Shown here: piece by piece, positions 41,001 to 54,888 of the stretch
How the letters are laid out: each line of letters begins with the position of its first letter
Position numbering within the stretch: position 1 is the stretch's first letter
NCBI RefSeq assembly: GCF_009834535.1
Contig: NC_045707.1
Coordinates: 61,568,001 to 61,632,000 of the forward strand
Direction of reading: 5' to 3'
DNA from: Camelus ferus
Taxonomy: Eukaryota
Length of the DNA stretch: 64,000 nucleotides
Program-made: the position numbers and the translations under genes
The notes under the pieces: model-generated
The model's database searches: none
Told to the model about the DNA's origin: nothing
Seen by the model: only the letters and a program-made list of their open reading frames with translations

Positions 41001-41619
41001 ATATTCAGAGCCAGGAGACATCAAGAAATTGAAAAAAAGGAAAATAAATAGATTTTGAAATGAGTCAAGGAAAAGGCAGAAAATGAAATAACTCACAGAA
41101 GACTCTTAATATTTCCTAAATTAATAAATGAATGGATATAGGTGAAAGGATTAATGAATAGCACAAGAATCAGTCATCCTCTGAGAATAAAGATAATTGC
41201 ACAATATTAGATTTAATTGTAGAGAAAATTCTAAATGGGTCAGGAGATAAGCCAGTTTATGTCTGAGGTTTTGATGATAAAGTAGGAGGTAAGAAGTTGG
41301 ACAGGACATTTGAAAGGGTGTTAAAGGCTTGTAACATACATTAAATTACTGAGAAGAAGAGAACTTATCAGGAGGAAAGATTGCTATATAATTGTAATAT
41401 TATTTGGACTTGAAGAGTTTTCTCAATGAAGAGATGAGTGTGGGCAAATCTCTTGATTCTCATCTTCCTCACATAAGGTGATGGCTAATGGGCATTGCCA
41501 TGGAGTGTGGTACATTGTGTTCTTTTTCTTTGGTGTATAGTGTTTCTAATTTTTGTACTTTTTTTATGAGGGATTTGAATTTGAGGCTGCAAAGAGTGTG
41601 AATCAGGAACAATTTATCT

Positions 41620-42260
41620 GATTTTTATAAATTGTGGCAAAATATAAATGATGTAAAATTTACCATTTTAATAATTTTTGAGTGTACAGTTTTATGGCAT
41701 TAATTAAGTTCACATTGTTGTGCAGCTGTCCATCTCTAGAACATTTGCATCTTCCCCCATTGAACACTAACTCCCACCCTATCTTCCCACACCCCTGGCA
41801 ACCACCATTCTACTTTCTGTCTTGGTGAATTTGGCTACTCTAGGAATCTCATATAAGAGGAATAATACAATATTTGTTCTTTTATGACTGGCTTATTTCA
41901 CTTAACATAATATCCCAAGTTTCATTCATGTTTTGGAAAAATGTCTACTCAGGTCTTTTGCCTATTTTTTGACCAAATGGTTTTTGTTGTTGTTATTGAC
42001 TTAAAGGAGTTCTTTTATATTCTAGATAATCATTCCCATATCAGATAAATGATTTGAAAACATTTTCTTTCATTCTTGGGTTGTCTTTTCACTCTGTTGA
42101 TAATGTCCTTTGATACACAAAAGTTTTTAATTTTGATGAAGTCCAATTTATCTATTTTTTCTTTTGTTTACTGTGATTTTGGTGTCATATCTAAGAAATT
42201 ATTGCCATATTCAACATCATGATGCTTTTCTTCTGTGTTTTCTTCTAAGACTTCTACAGT
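41620..42260 (-). mobile_element. L1 (L1MA/MB-type) 3' fragment with an internal deletion
   Basis: taaaatttaccattttaa...cccctggcaaccaccattctactttctgtc...aagtttttaattttgatgaagtccaattt. Confidence 0.85.
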
Positions 42261-42452
42261 ATTTTATCTGTTCTAATGATAAATTATCACATGAATTACT
42301 TTTTAATAGTATAAATAAGAAAATATAATGGCTAAAATGAAACAACTGTAGTAACTAATATCTAAAATTAAACTATTAAAAAATGAAAGTAACATATCTC
42401 ATGGAAAAACTTCCCTACTTAATGAAAATTAGTCTACAGTAAAACTGCTCCT

Positions 42453-42602
42453 GGGGGGAGGGTATATCTCTGTGGTAGAGTGCGTGCTTGGGATGCACGA
42501 GGTCCTGGGTTCAATCCCCAGTGCCTCTGTTAAAAATAAATAAGTAAACCTAATTACCTTCACCGCTCTTCCCCCCCCCCCCAAAACACACACACATTAA
42601 AT
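42453..42602 (+). mobile_element. tRNA-derived SINE of the camelid Vic-1 type, with TSD
   Basis: ggggggagggtatatctctgtggtagagtgcgtgcttgggatgcacgaggtcctgggttcaatccccag (A/B boxes), then aaataaataagtaaacctaattacct, a C-run and an A-rich tail. TSD TAAAACTGCTCCT (42440-42452) / TAAAACTACTCTT (42603-42615). Confidence 0.85.
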
Positions 42603-43289
42603 TAAAACTACTCTTATAGTCTTGAGATAATGCAAACAGTTTGCTAAAGATTGACATGGGATAGGGATGAACAAAGTTGATTGAAATGTGGTCTGCTAAG
42701 AGGCAGTACATTATGGAATTTAAAGGGTGATTAGAATAAAGTAGGAGTCACCTATATGGATTAAAAATTCAAACTTATAGTACAATGTTTTATTGCTATA
42801 TGCATTCCAGTCACATGAGTCTTAAACTGCAGTTATCTTGAAAATTTTTCTATAGTTGTCTCCTTATCCAATTGATTGCTAATTCTAAAATTCTTATCTT
42901 ACTCTCTCTCACATATATATTCTTCCCATTCCCACAACTGCTGCCCTTTTGATGTTATAGAAATAGCTCATAATGAACCTCCTGCCTCCCCTGCATGGAT
43001 GATTTGTGGGAAGATTATGGCATTGTAGGGGAGTTGGAACATGTATTTTTCCTTTAAAAAATTTGGTATTAGATGTTTTTAAAATATATTGAAAGAGATA
43101 TTTTGGAAAAATAATTATAGCTTTATTGAATTTCCTTACACTTATTTTATGGTTTAGTTTTTTAATTATTTATTTGGGGAGTGCCAATTCCTCTTACACT
43201 CTGTTGTGAAAGTAATCTTACTAAAGCAAAACTCAGATACTTACTGACGTCAAGCCATCCAAGGCTGTCCTTGTTTTCACAATACTTAT

Positions 43290-43990
43290 GCATTCATTGT
43301 TTTTAAAACATTGAGTACCTTCTGTGTGCAAGTTGCTATTTTGGGCACTGGAGATGAAATAATGAACAAAGCAGACACAGACTTTACCCTTGTGGATTTT
43401 ATATTTTATTGGGGGAGCAGGCAGAAAATAAATGAATAATTAAACAATGTATATTATATGGTGGTAAAAGTATGGAGAAAAATATTTGATGAGATGAAGG
43501 CTGCAATGTCATAGCTGTGGGGAAAGGCTTCAGTGGAAAGGAAATATTTGAGCGGGAGCCTGAGGAAGTAAGGTAGGAAGCAGCATGAACGAGTCGGGGA
43601 AAGTGTGTTCAGGTGGAGACAGGAGCAAGCGCAAAGGTTCCATGCTGGAAGTGCACCTGGTGCGTGTAAGGAGCATCGGGGAGCCCATCTGGCCAGTGCC
43701 CGGTGGGAGGGGACCGGCGGCAAATGAAGTCAGAGAATTTACAGAGCGTGTGAGGGCCCCGTAGGTCATTATAAGGACTTCAACTCTACCCTGAGTCAGA
43801 AACCACTGACACGTTTTGAGCAGAAGTGCGACATGACCTGGCTTCTGGCTTCTGTTGAAATGATTACTGCGGCCACTGTGTTGAAACACCTTGTAGGGGT
43901 GGGACAAGAGCTGAGTCAGGGTTAGGTGGTTATTGTAAAAATATAGGCAAGACAAGATGGCTTTCAGCAGAGAGGATGTTATAGCAGTGA
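43290..43990 (-). mobile_element. L2 (L2a-like) 3' fragment
   Basis: cattcatt...attgagtaccttctgtgtgcaag...gggaaaggcttcagtgg...aaggacttcaactctaccctgag...ttttgagcagaagtgcgacatgacctg. Confidence 0.8.
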
Positions 43991-44303
43991 GCTATAGCCC
44001 CGCCTACCAGTCTTGTCCCATTGCAGCCCAGAGGAGAGGAAGGCTGGTGTGGATGACAGTGCTTAGGGCAAGCCTGTAGCATAATGAGAGTAGTATGGAG
44101 GATGAAGCCCTAGGAAACAGCGAAATGTAAGGGTAGCTGCCCTTCCAGGTACATGGTGTTAAAGTCAGACTTCCTGATCTTTGAACATTCTTCCTTACTT
44201 TTTGGCCTTTGGCCCTTTCCCTGAGCATTTGCTTATCTTTCCGACATGTTGAAAGTATTGTTAAAGATTTAAAGTTCATCTCAGACACCACAGATTTCAT
44301 AGA

Positions 44304-44484
44304 TAGGGTTGTCAAGTTTAGCAACATAGGAGGTCCAATTAAATTTGAATTTCAGATAAACAATGAATAATTTTTTAGAATAACTATGTCCCAAATACTG
44401 CATGGTACATAATTATACTATTTTTTTCATTGTTTATTAAAATTCAGATTTCTCTGGGAGTCCTAAATTTTATCTGGCAGCGCA
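44304..44484 (-). mobile_element. MER53 palindromic hAT MITE with 8-bp TSD
   Basis: tagggttgtcaagtttagca...aaatttgaatttcagataaacaatgaataattttttag...tttatctggcagc. TSD TTCATAGA (44296-44303) / TTCATAAA (44485-44492). Confidence 0.88.
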
Positions 44485-44516
44485 TTCATAAACTGAACTT
44501 GAACGCTTCAATTAGG

Positions 44517-44905
44517 TGTCATTTCAGTCAGGATAGGCTATGTTATGCTGCAGTAAAGTGAAACCCTGAAGTCTTAGAGACTTTAGACAATGAAGTTTTA
44601 TCTCCTGCTCATACTACATGTACTCTGTGGGGCAGCAGAGAAGACTTCTTAATTGTAGCTCTGCAGAGACTGCCATTTCAAAGTTGCTTCTCACTATGCC
44701 AGAGGGGAAAAAAGAGAGCCTTGCAGACTCTCACATTAGCAATTAAATGCTTTGGCCTGGAAGTAACAAACATAACCACTGCTTGCAACTCACTGGCCAG
44801 AAATAGTCCTTTGGGCCCATCAACTAAAGAGGAACCAGAGTTCAGTTCTGCCATGTCCTGGGAAAGAGGGGACTGGAACTATGTAGAGAAAAGCACCAAT
44901 GATGT
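44517..44905 (-). mobile_element. Old MaLR LTR (MLT1J/K/L-like)
   Basis: tcagtcaggataggctatgttatgctgcagtaa...gcaattaaatgctttggcctggaagtaaca...cactggccagaaatagtc. Confidence 0.65.
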
Positions 44906-47900
44906 AATCCCTAAATACAGTTCTCCATAGGCATAATCTACCCTTCCTTGAGCCACTGAGGAACTGATTTATAATTCCCTAATCATATTTATCTTTAACT
45001 TGTAGTTCAGCCATCTTCTACTTATTTAATCCTCTTGGGATAAGAAATTATCTGAGAGTCAGATCCTAGAATTATATTGAGAGACTAGAACTTCAGTTCA
45101 CGTATGTTGAATTGATCCTACATTTCCTGCCTCACTCACCTTCCTGTAGGCCCAGCCCTGTGTGAAGGCGATGTGATGTCGTCTGAATGTTGCTGTTGAG
45201 ATGTCCACGGTTGTGGTCTTCACTGGTCCTTCAGGTACACAGGCTCCCCACTCCTTCTCATTCACCTGGCTGTCCCCTCTTGCTGTTTTCCTGGAGGTTC
45301 TGAATGGCAGGCAGGAAGCAGATCCCTCTGCTTCTGGACACTACAGTTTCTCTGCTCTTTGCACCTCTTTTTATTGCTATCTCCAGCTTGGAGGAATTAA
45401 TCTGGTATTCATTTCTTTCTCTTAGCCTTTTCCTTCTTTGCTATCCTTTCAATCAGGTCAGATAAACAGATGTTCACACAGATTAAGTGCATGTGTACAA
45501 AACTCAGTTAATTCAATAGAGCATTTAGGAAAATACATTGACTACTCAAACGAGAGACTCCTTCCTGAATCCATTTGGGATCATGAACCAAATTTTGGTG
45601 GATTTCAGCCAGGAATAGACTTCATTTTCTAATTTCATCATTTTTCAACTGAGAAGACACATTCCAATAAATACCAAGAATTGGGGAATGGAAGAAATTT
45701 TGAGAGATTCAGATTCCAGGTGAAGACTGGACCTAAATGACTACTTTTCTATCTGAAAGGAGTGGCTCAGAGCCAACACTTGTACTATGTCAAGGAAAAT
45801 TTATTCGTGTCTCAGTAAGAGACATTTTCAGACTAAACGACAGTCCTGCAAAGTTTCCATTTCTCTTGTGGTGAGAAGGAGGCAAGATAAGTTTTTGCTG
45901 TGCTCTATTTTATATTCACGAGGGAAATCTGTGTGCCATAGAGAACATGAAAAGTGATTAAAGTGGTCATCCGGTTACCATATTTCAGAACACCTGAAAA
46001 ATTAGTTTTATAAATCCACACCCGTTTTGTGACAGTTTAGCCATCTGTTTAATAATATTTAAGAATTCTGATCAAACTTAACTAATGATCTACAATATTC
46101 AAGTGTGCTTTTGTTTTGATAACCTATCTGAATTATGGAACCAGGTTGGAAAAATGTTGGAGCTATGAGGAAGAATAATATTTAACCCAGATTCAATTGA
46201 AATCTATATTAAAGAAATTACTGTCTTTAAAATGAATTTTTGTTGTTGTTGTTGGAAGGGATTACATAGATACTAAAAATTAAAAAAATGAAAGTCAGAA
46301 GATGAGGAAATGAAAGCATCTTGAAACTAATTGTATTGGTTAAAATTCCTTCCAAACTAGTTTTTTACTTCGTTGTCCGGTGAAGAGAAAGTACAAATGA
46401 AGTATGATTAGTTGAGAACATTTTATATATATATATAATTTTTTTTTTGATTTCACAAATTTTAGAGAGAATTTTTATTTTGCACCCTAAATGACACTGT
46501 CTTATCACTAGTAATGGAACATTATTGAAGATCTTGTTATATCAATTTTGAGTAGTTTGTGCTATTTCATTAGATATAATTCAGCTTGTTTTGTTCAGAG
46601 TTGTTGCATTTTATATCTATTTTGTGAAAGTCAATGATTCATCCATTTATTCAAAAATATTTTTATTCAGTGTTCACTGTGTGCCAGGCACTGTGCTAGG
46701 TGCTGGGTAGAGATTTACCTGGGAAAGACTCTCAGGGCCCAGGCAAAAGCTTTATGCTTCAAAGAGATTTTAATTACTGTGATTTATTTATGGTTTCTGG
46801 GTTTCAAAAATGGAGGTGACACACAAGTAAATGAATTGCCTGGTGGAAAGAGAACTTTGACAAAAAAATGTCTGCACTTTCCTTTTTGGCACCTGTCTCA
46901 ACTAAAGATTGATGATTAAAAACATCTACCTGACTTTTGCAAAGGAAAGCCTTTCTGTTAGTCTTACTATTTGCATTATATTTTTGAGCAACACTTTGCA
47001 AAGAATCACAGCTATGGTTTAAACTAAATAAAAACATCTTTAAATGAAAATCGTGTAAACTTAGCTTCCAAAAATATTGAAACAGATTTTTAATATTTAT
47101 TTTGGCTAAATTAAATATGTTTGAACACATTTTAGTTTCTAGCCAATCATAGACTTGTAGATTATTTACAACCCCTAATGATTACAAAATTATTTGGGAA
47201 TATGATTGATGAGGGAATAAACATCTTAAAAAATATTTGAGCAGTTCTCCTTCTGCTCATAATGGTTTTAAATAGAAAATGAAGTTATCAAAATAAAAGA
47301 AACTTGAAAAGCTATATTTATATTTGTGATTCTCGAAACAATTGTGTTTTGTTTGATTTTTACCAAGTTGTATCTTCCTAGTAAGTTTACGTAAAACATA
47401 TTGTTTGTATGGAAACCATGCAGTTGATAATTACAGAGCGTAGGAATTAGAACAACTCTCTGGGTCTGCAGCCTGGCACTACCACTTTCTAACTTCCTTA
47501 GGACGTTGGACAGTCAGCTTCTTTGACTCAGTTTTTTGTTTTGCGGACAGGGCTGATGATACTTTTGCTCTTTTTTTGCTTTGAGAAAGGCCTAACTACA
47601 ATAGCTGGCAAATAGGCGGGTGCATAATAAGTAGCTCATTATTATTTCTTATAGACTGTATTTACTACATACACCTATTAGACTTACACATAGTAAATAC
47701 TCAAAAGATATATAAAAGGCATTAAATAATTTTTTTCTCCAAGGCTTGATTGATTTTTCCCAACATAACCTTTCAGTTTTCTCAAATCATTCACTGAAAA
47801 AAAGAAAAGCTACAACATTCATTTTGTCTGTTACAGGAAGGTAAATGATGACCAGCAAGAAGAGATTAGATTTTTTTGGAGATAGGAATTCCAGATCACT

Positions 47901-48989
47901 CAGATGTGGAGCTCCTTTTGGCAATCTCAAATTATACATTTTTAACAAAGAGTTGTCATTCAAATATGGAAGATAAAATGTAGAGATTAAAGCAAAATTG
48001 GAAATGATGATTGAGGATTTAAGATAACTTTTTTATGCATTATAGATTAAAGGCCATCAGGGTGTCAGAAAATCTTGAGATACTGTCATATACACAGCCG
48101 TGATTAAATTCTCTTATAAAATAGAACTTTTCTGAAAAGAAAGAGGATTTTGAAAATGAAAATAATAAAACATTTATCCAGTAGAACGTGTGATTTAATG
48201 ACTCAATCTTTCTCAGTGGTACTTTTGAGAATACAGAAACACCAAAAGCATAGAGCCGTAAACACAGTGCAGCAATTGTAACTCAGATTGGCGGGAGAAA
48301 GACCTCTTTGCTAAGACAACTCTAATTATCAACGTTTATTTATTTTTAATAACTTGTGTCTTTACATGCGTTAACCTCAAGTTTAGTTTCTTTGTGCAAT
48401 TTCCTCATTATGTCATTTTAGTATTTATGATTTTCTTTTCATACGTTACATTTATAGATGGTTCTTAGCTTGTAATTATCGTTATTTCTAAAGAGAAAAA
48501 TGTGACTCATCAGTCACAATAAAAAAAAAATTTATTTTATATTTTCAAGAAAAATGCTAGTTTTTAATTCATCAGCTTACTCTTTGTAGTATTTTCTAAA
48601 TGAATTTTATTTTACAAATGAAAAAATTAAATATTACATGCTTGTGGTTAAATAGAAACAAAAGGAGAACAAAATACAGGTAACAGAGTAAAAATTCACC
48701 CATAACCATATGCCTCCAGATAACCACCATTACTATTTAGATTTATATTGTTTTATATTTTTCATATGTACACATATACATGAATGCACATACCACACTG
48801 TTTTATTTTACAAAAATTAAATCATGTAATACAGTTTTGTTCTCTCTCTCTTTCTTACTGAACAACATACATATACTGTCATTTCTGTCTGAATATAGAT
48901 CTACATAGTAATTTTAATGATACATAATATTCCATAGGAAGCTACATTATTTATTTAACCTTTTTTTAACATTTAGGATATTTATGAAA

Positions 48990-49195
48990 GGCAGTAATAG
49001 ATGTATAATAGTTAAGAGCATGGTCCCTAGATCCAGACTTCTTCTGTTCAAGTGTCTGCTGTGTCACTAATGGATGAGTAATCTTGGGGAATGTTTTTTT
49101 CATCACTCTGTTGCTGGGTTTCCTCACAGGTTAAACAGAAATTATAATAGTAATGATTTCAAGGTTGTTGTGAGGGTTTAATGGATTAATGATAA
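48990..49195 (+). mobile_element. MIR SINE
   Basis: tagttaagagcatgg...gggtttcctcac...aaggttgttgtgagggtttaatg. Confidence 0.65.
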
Positions 49196-49499
49196 AAATC
49201 ATAACATTTATAAAATTAAGATTAATGTTGGGCTGGAAAAGCAGAGTAAAATCTCATTGCTGATGCAAAATAGTCCTTCTAGAGGAGAGGCCTGGAACAA
49301 ACATTCTGCAGGGCTCAGCCTTAGACATTTAAATCAGAGATGCTTTGAATCATACAGAAAATGCAAAATACACCTGAGCCACCTGATCCAGTTCAGTTCC
49401 GTATTTTTTTTTTTTTTAGCTCCTCAAACTATCTGCCTAACAGCAGAAAGGATAAATCTGCTCTGGAGAAAACTTCAGCCTATGTATTTTTTTTTTCAT

Positions 49500-50120
49500 A
49501 TACAATGTTTGATATATAAATGAAAACTTGAAAGACAAATGAAAAGGCAAGAAAATCAAGGGAAAAATAGGCAATAGATGCAGACACACAGATAATTCAT
49601 ATGGTAGGACTGGCAGATAAGAACTCTAACTATAATGGACATATTAAACATGAAGAAAATATGAATTTAAAAAGATGAAATTTGAAGAATGGAGAATTTT
49701 ATATAGACCTTCAAACTATCAGAGAGATTGAAGTGCATATTCTACTAATGGTAAAGTTAAGAACTCATTAGTTTGAGTTCACAGACTAGAGATGTCAGAA
49801 CACAAGTTTAGTGAAATCAAGAGCTAGATCAATAAAAAACACAACTGGAGCACAGGGGGAAGAAAGAATAAAAAGAAAAGAAAACTTAAGAGATATGTGG
49901 AGTGTAATAAATGGTGCAAACATTGGGAAACTAGAGTACTAGAAAGAGAAGAATGAATGAAAGAAACAGTATTTAAAATGATAGTGGCTGAGGGTTTTCC
50001 AGAACTGACAAAATACAGGTTCAAGAAGTTCAGAGAACCCTAAGTGGGAAAATGAAACACATCTAGGAACATAATATTAAAATTTCTGATAATTATAAAT
50101 AAAAAGAAACTTTTGACAAA
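49500..50120 (+). mobile_element. Old L1 5'/ORF1-region remnant
   Basis: A-rich; gaaacagtatttaaaatgatagtggctgagggttttccagaactgac...ttcaagaagttcagagaaccctaag. Confidence 0.55.
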
Positions 50121-50199
50121 TATTTGACTGTATTTATAACAATTAAGAAACAAGACTCAACTATATGCCAGGCACTGTTCTGTGTACTTGTATAGCATC

Positions 50200-51815
50200 T
50201 AAGAAGACATTATCTAAACCAAGATCACAAGGATTTACTCCTATGTTTTCTTTTAAGTGTTTTATAGTTTTGCTGTTACATTTAGGTCTATTACCCATTT
50301 TTTTTGTTGTTAATTTTCACATAGGCTCCAAGTTAAAGAACTAACTTCTCTCATTGCATGTGAATATCCCAGCACCACATACTGAAAAGACAATTATTTT
50401 CACCATTGAAATGTATTAGCACCCTTATCAAAAATTAATTGACTGTAAATTTAAGGGTTTAATTCTGGAATCTCAGTCTTATTTCATTGATCCATATTTG
50501 TATCCTTATGGTAATACTACACTGTCTTGATTACCATAGTTTTGTGGTAAATTTTGTAATTAACAAGTGTGAATCTTCCAACTTTTTTTTTTCTTAAAAT
50601 TATTTTGGCTATCCTATTTTCCTGGAATTTCCTAATGAATTTTAATATCAGCTTGTCATTATCTGCAAAAAAGGCCGCTGGCATTTTGTTGAGTCTGTAG
50701 ATTAACTGGGAAGTATTGCCATCTTAACAATATTGTCTTCTGATCCATGAATGCAGATTATCTTCTTGTTTATTTAGATGTTTTGAAGTTTATTTAAATG
50801 TATTTGTAATTATCAATGTACAAATCTTGCACTTCTTTTATTAAATTTGTTCCCAATTATTTTTGATGCTACTTTAAATGGAATGATCTCCTGAATTTTA
50901 TTTTTGGTTTGTTCATTGCTGGTGTTTAGAAATGCAGTTGATTTTTACATGTTTATCTTGTATTCTGCAAATTTGCTGAAATTGTTTATGAGTTATAAAT
51001 TTTTCAGTGGATTCTTTATTATCATGATCATGTCATCTGCAAATACTTCTTTTCTGACTCAAAAGCCTTTGATTTCTTTTTCGTGTATAATTTTTCGGGT
51101 TAGGACTTCCAGTACAGTGTTGAATAGAAGTGGCAAGAGTGTACATCCTCATCTTTTTCCTGGTACTAGATTCTTCCTGATGTTAGGCTTCTGCCATTAA
51201 GTATAAGGGGCATTTATACATGCCCTTTATCAGGATGAGAAAGTTCCCTTCTATTCCTAGATTTTTTTTTTTTTTTTTTACTATTTTTATCATGAAAGTG
51301 TTGAATTTTGTGCAGTGCTTTTTCCTGCATTAGTTAAGATGATTATGTGGGTTTTGTAATAATACAATTTATTACATTGATTAATTTGCAAATTTAATCT
51401 ACTCTTGTATTGCTGGGATAAGTCCACCTGGTCATGATATATAATTCTTTTTAAATTTAATTCAATTCAGTTTATTGGTATTTTGTTAAGGAAGTTTTTT
51501 TGGTCTATATTCATAAGTATTGTTCTGTAGTTGTGCATGTGTGTGTGTGTGTGTGTGTGTGCGCACACGCATTCGTGTGTGATATCTTTTTCTGGTTTTG
51601 GTATTAGGACAACAGTGGTATCACAGAATGGTCTAGAAAGTGTTCCCTTCTCTTCTATTTTTTGGAATAATTTGTGAGAGATTGGTATTAATTCTTTAAA
51701 TGTTTGGTGACATTCACTAGTGGAACTATGTAGGTTGGGTTTTTTGGGGTTTTTTTGGTGGGGAAATAGTTTTTTAAATTACTACTTCAATTTCTTTACT
51801 TGTTATAGTTCTACT
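50200..51815 (-). mobile_element. L1 ORF2 fragment, degenerate (L1M-type), containing a (TG)n at ~51538-51561
   Basis: gatttactcctatgttttc...cccagcaccat...acactgtcttgattac...ggacttccagtacagtgttgaatagaagtgg...aaagtgttcccttctcttctatttttt. Confidence 0.85.
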
Positions 51816-54800
51816 TAGTCCACTGATAACATACAGGAAAAGAGTCATTAAAGGATAGATATTATAAATACTTCTAGTCAGGCTTAAAGATAACAATGCA
51901 GATTTCCTTTTATTGGTTTCCCTTGAAATTTTTTATGAATGGGCCCCGTGGATTTGTAAGACACACTAGGAAACTGTACAGGATCACTATTTTGACCTGA
52001 ACAAATGAGAATCACTAAGAAATGAAACAGAAATTTAAGCATGTGTAGCAGTCATGACTTGGCCTAAGAATAATGGCTAAAACTGCAGTAGTTTGGTGAA
52101 TCTTCCGGTGGTGAAGTTAGGGAAGCACATAACTGAAAAAATTGACAGTTTCTTAAATGGACTTTCAAAGCATTAATGAATATCCAAAAAATTAATTCTC
52201 TTTTAAATAATTCATGCAGATGAATATACTTTTGTTTCAATCATTTTTGATCTATGAATAATGCAGACAAAACTCCAGGTGCCATACTATAGGCTATTCT
52301 CCTAGGTAAAAAATAGATTTAGGAGGGGAAATAAAACAGCAGTTGTTATAGGTCTGTGTTTAAGGGACTGTAACTTACTTACCCAGAGAACATTTATGTT
52401 CTTCTTGCAGCTGTCTGGGGGGTCCGTTACCCAAACTCTACCTGGCAGCAGTTTAGTCCAGAGGAATGCACTCCAGTTACAGCTCAATAGTGATGCCCAA
52501 GTGCATTAAGTGAAAAGCCTGCAGGGACAGTGGCTATTGGCAAAGGGTCAGAAATCCAAATGGTTTCTAGGAACTGGAATATTCTATTTAGAGCACAATG
52601 TGAAATGTGTTAGGATACGTGTGGGGCTGAGGGTGTGGCTTGATCTGTGGTACTCCAGGGTGTTCATACGATAATGTAAGCAGAGTACTCCCTACAGTGG
52701 ACGCCGATTTGTTGTGCAAAATGAAGTGAATCAAATTCAGTTTTAGATGGTGGCGTGTTCTTTGGGCTGAGTGCACATAAGCAGGACCAACACATGCACT
52801 TGAGAATTACATGAATTCCAAACCGTTTTCCCCACTGAAAAAATATTTTAAAAATACAAAAAATTAAATGTGAGGCTAATGATGTGCAGATGCTGGCCCT
52901 GGTTCTCCTCAGATAACCAAAGAGAAGCTAGTTACACAGCAGGGAGCCCAAGTCAGGTATTAAAGGTGATTGTTGTGAGAGTTTTGGGAATTCGTGAGTT
53001 CTGGTATCATCCTGTTGCCCTTCTTTCGTATTATTCTTGCAACTGCCAGTCCAGGGGAGAGTGAGATTTTTCTCCAGGGTAGTTTTAGAATCCCTGGGGT
53101 TTGTTGCGCAGTAGCAGCAACAACCTTTGCAGGAAGTTTGGTGGCTGTTTTTGAAATTGGGTCACAGGAGACGTCTAGCAAAACTATAAGTGTTTTAACA
53201 TAAACACTTAGCATTCAGATTTTTAATTTCAGCAAAATAACTCATCTTCCCTTTTACGTAATGTAATCTATATTTTCCAAATCATTGAAGTTACAGTGTG
53301 AGCTTTTCTAAATTACGTTCAAGATTATGTCATCAGTTTTTAAAAAAAAAAAACAAACGGAGCAAAAATAGTTGGGATGAGTTAAATAGCAATAGATATT
53401 TCTTACATGGGCCACATATCTCTCTCATACTTTTGAAGTTTAACAATCCATAGAAGAATGTGTGTGCTTAATGCCATATTTAATGCTCAGAATTTTTCAA
53501 CTGTTAAGTGGCTGGTATTAAAACAAATTATTAATGTGCAGAAATTAAATGCATTTGTTCCAAATGAGAAGTGTTCTTTTTCACCATCTGGTTGATTTTC
53601 AGCTTAAGAATCCCACTTGAAAAAATAGGTTTCTCCCAACAACTCTTTGTTTATTCTCTGCAATGATTTTACAGTAGCATCTCTTTTGCCTGAAGCATGA
53701 TCTGTCAGTCCTTTTCCCTTTGGGGTTCTTGGTCAAGGAATTACAGACGAAAAGGAAATAAAACATCAGCTTTATTAATTAATGGAAAAGCACACATTGA
53801 TAGCAACTCCTACTTTTCTTTTTTCATCTCCTCCTGACTCCCTTCCTCTCCTCTTGCCTGGCTTCTCAGGGAAGCTGCAGCACTGGCCTTAGGATCCTCC
53901 CATCACCCCCTGAACCGAACACGGACTCACATGCTTAGACGAAGAGACGGGTCTGGATCTGCAGACCCACTTTTACAAACAGTCAAGTAGGTCTGCTTTG
54001 TGAGGACCGATTACAAGAAAGTTCATCTTACCTTTAATCACAGGAAATGAAGAGGAAGTAGGTCATGGCCTTAGCTTTTTAAATCTCTAGTAAACTATAC
54101 CTCCCGTGTGAAGGTCTTGAGATGGAGGCAGATAGAGGAACTGGAAATAGCCCCTTTCCACTAATCTCCAAGCAGGGAGAGGGGCTGAAGTTACCTCTTC
54201 TACATAATGAAGCCAAAACAAAGGGAGAAAGAGAGGTTTCCTGACGATGAGTAGGCAACACAAATGTCATTGAGTCTGTTCTTTCTCCTCCAAATCTAAC
54301 ATTTCACAGGGCAAGCCTCTTTTTGTATTGTTTTAGCAGGCTTGGTTGTCTGATTTTAAGTGTGCATGTGATTTAAGGTGGGAAATCAGTCAAGGCAAAG
54401 GGACTTAGCTGTGTTCGACAGAGCAAAACATAGCCTCTGACAGTGCGATAGCAAGAGGAGAAAGAACAAAAGTTTAGAGGTAATCTAATAATTCCAAAGG
54501 CATTGCCACCAGGTGCCATTTTACATGCTGACAGAGTCCCATTAGCCTGAGACAACCGTGATGGCCTCAGGATGTCATGGAAAAGAGGCCTCATTCAGGT
54601 TGAAAGCAACAACATTGATCATCAAGAAAAACTCGAAAAAGCAGACCTTGGAGTCCATAGGGCTAAAATCTTTTATAAATGAAGAAACTGAGGTTAGTAT
54701 TCTGTCAAAGAAGCTGGGAAGATATTTTATAATTTTTAGTAAGATGTTTATACAACATTAAATTTTTTTTTTAACAAAAAGCAAATTTTTGAGACAGGGA

Positions 54801-54844
54801 CAACAGGCTTAGTGGAAAATGTGACCACGTAGAAAGACTCACAA

Positions 54845-54848
<4 letters not shown>

Positions 54849-54882
<34 letters not shown>

Positions 54883-54888
54883 AGAGAG
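54849..54888. repeat. (AG)n microsatellite
   Basis: Directly visible. Confidence 0.95.

Noticed and set aside
42453..42530. tRNA gene
   Set aside because: It has A/B boxes, but also a SINE tail and TSD and no intact cloverleaf acceptor stem, so it is a SINE.
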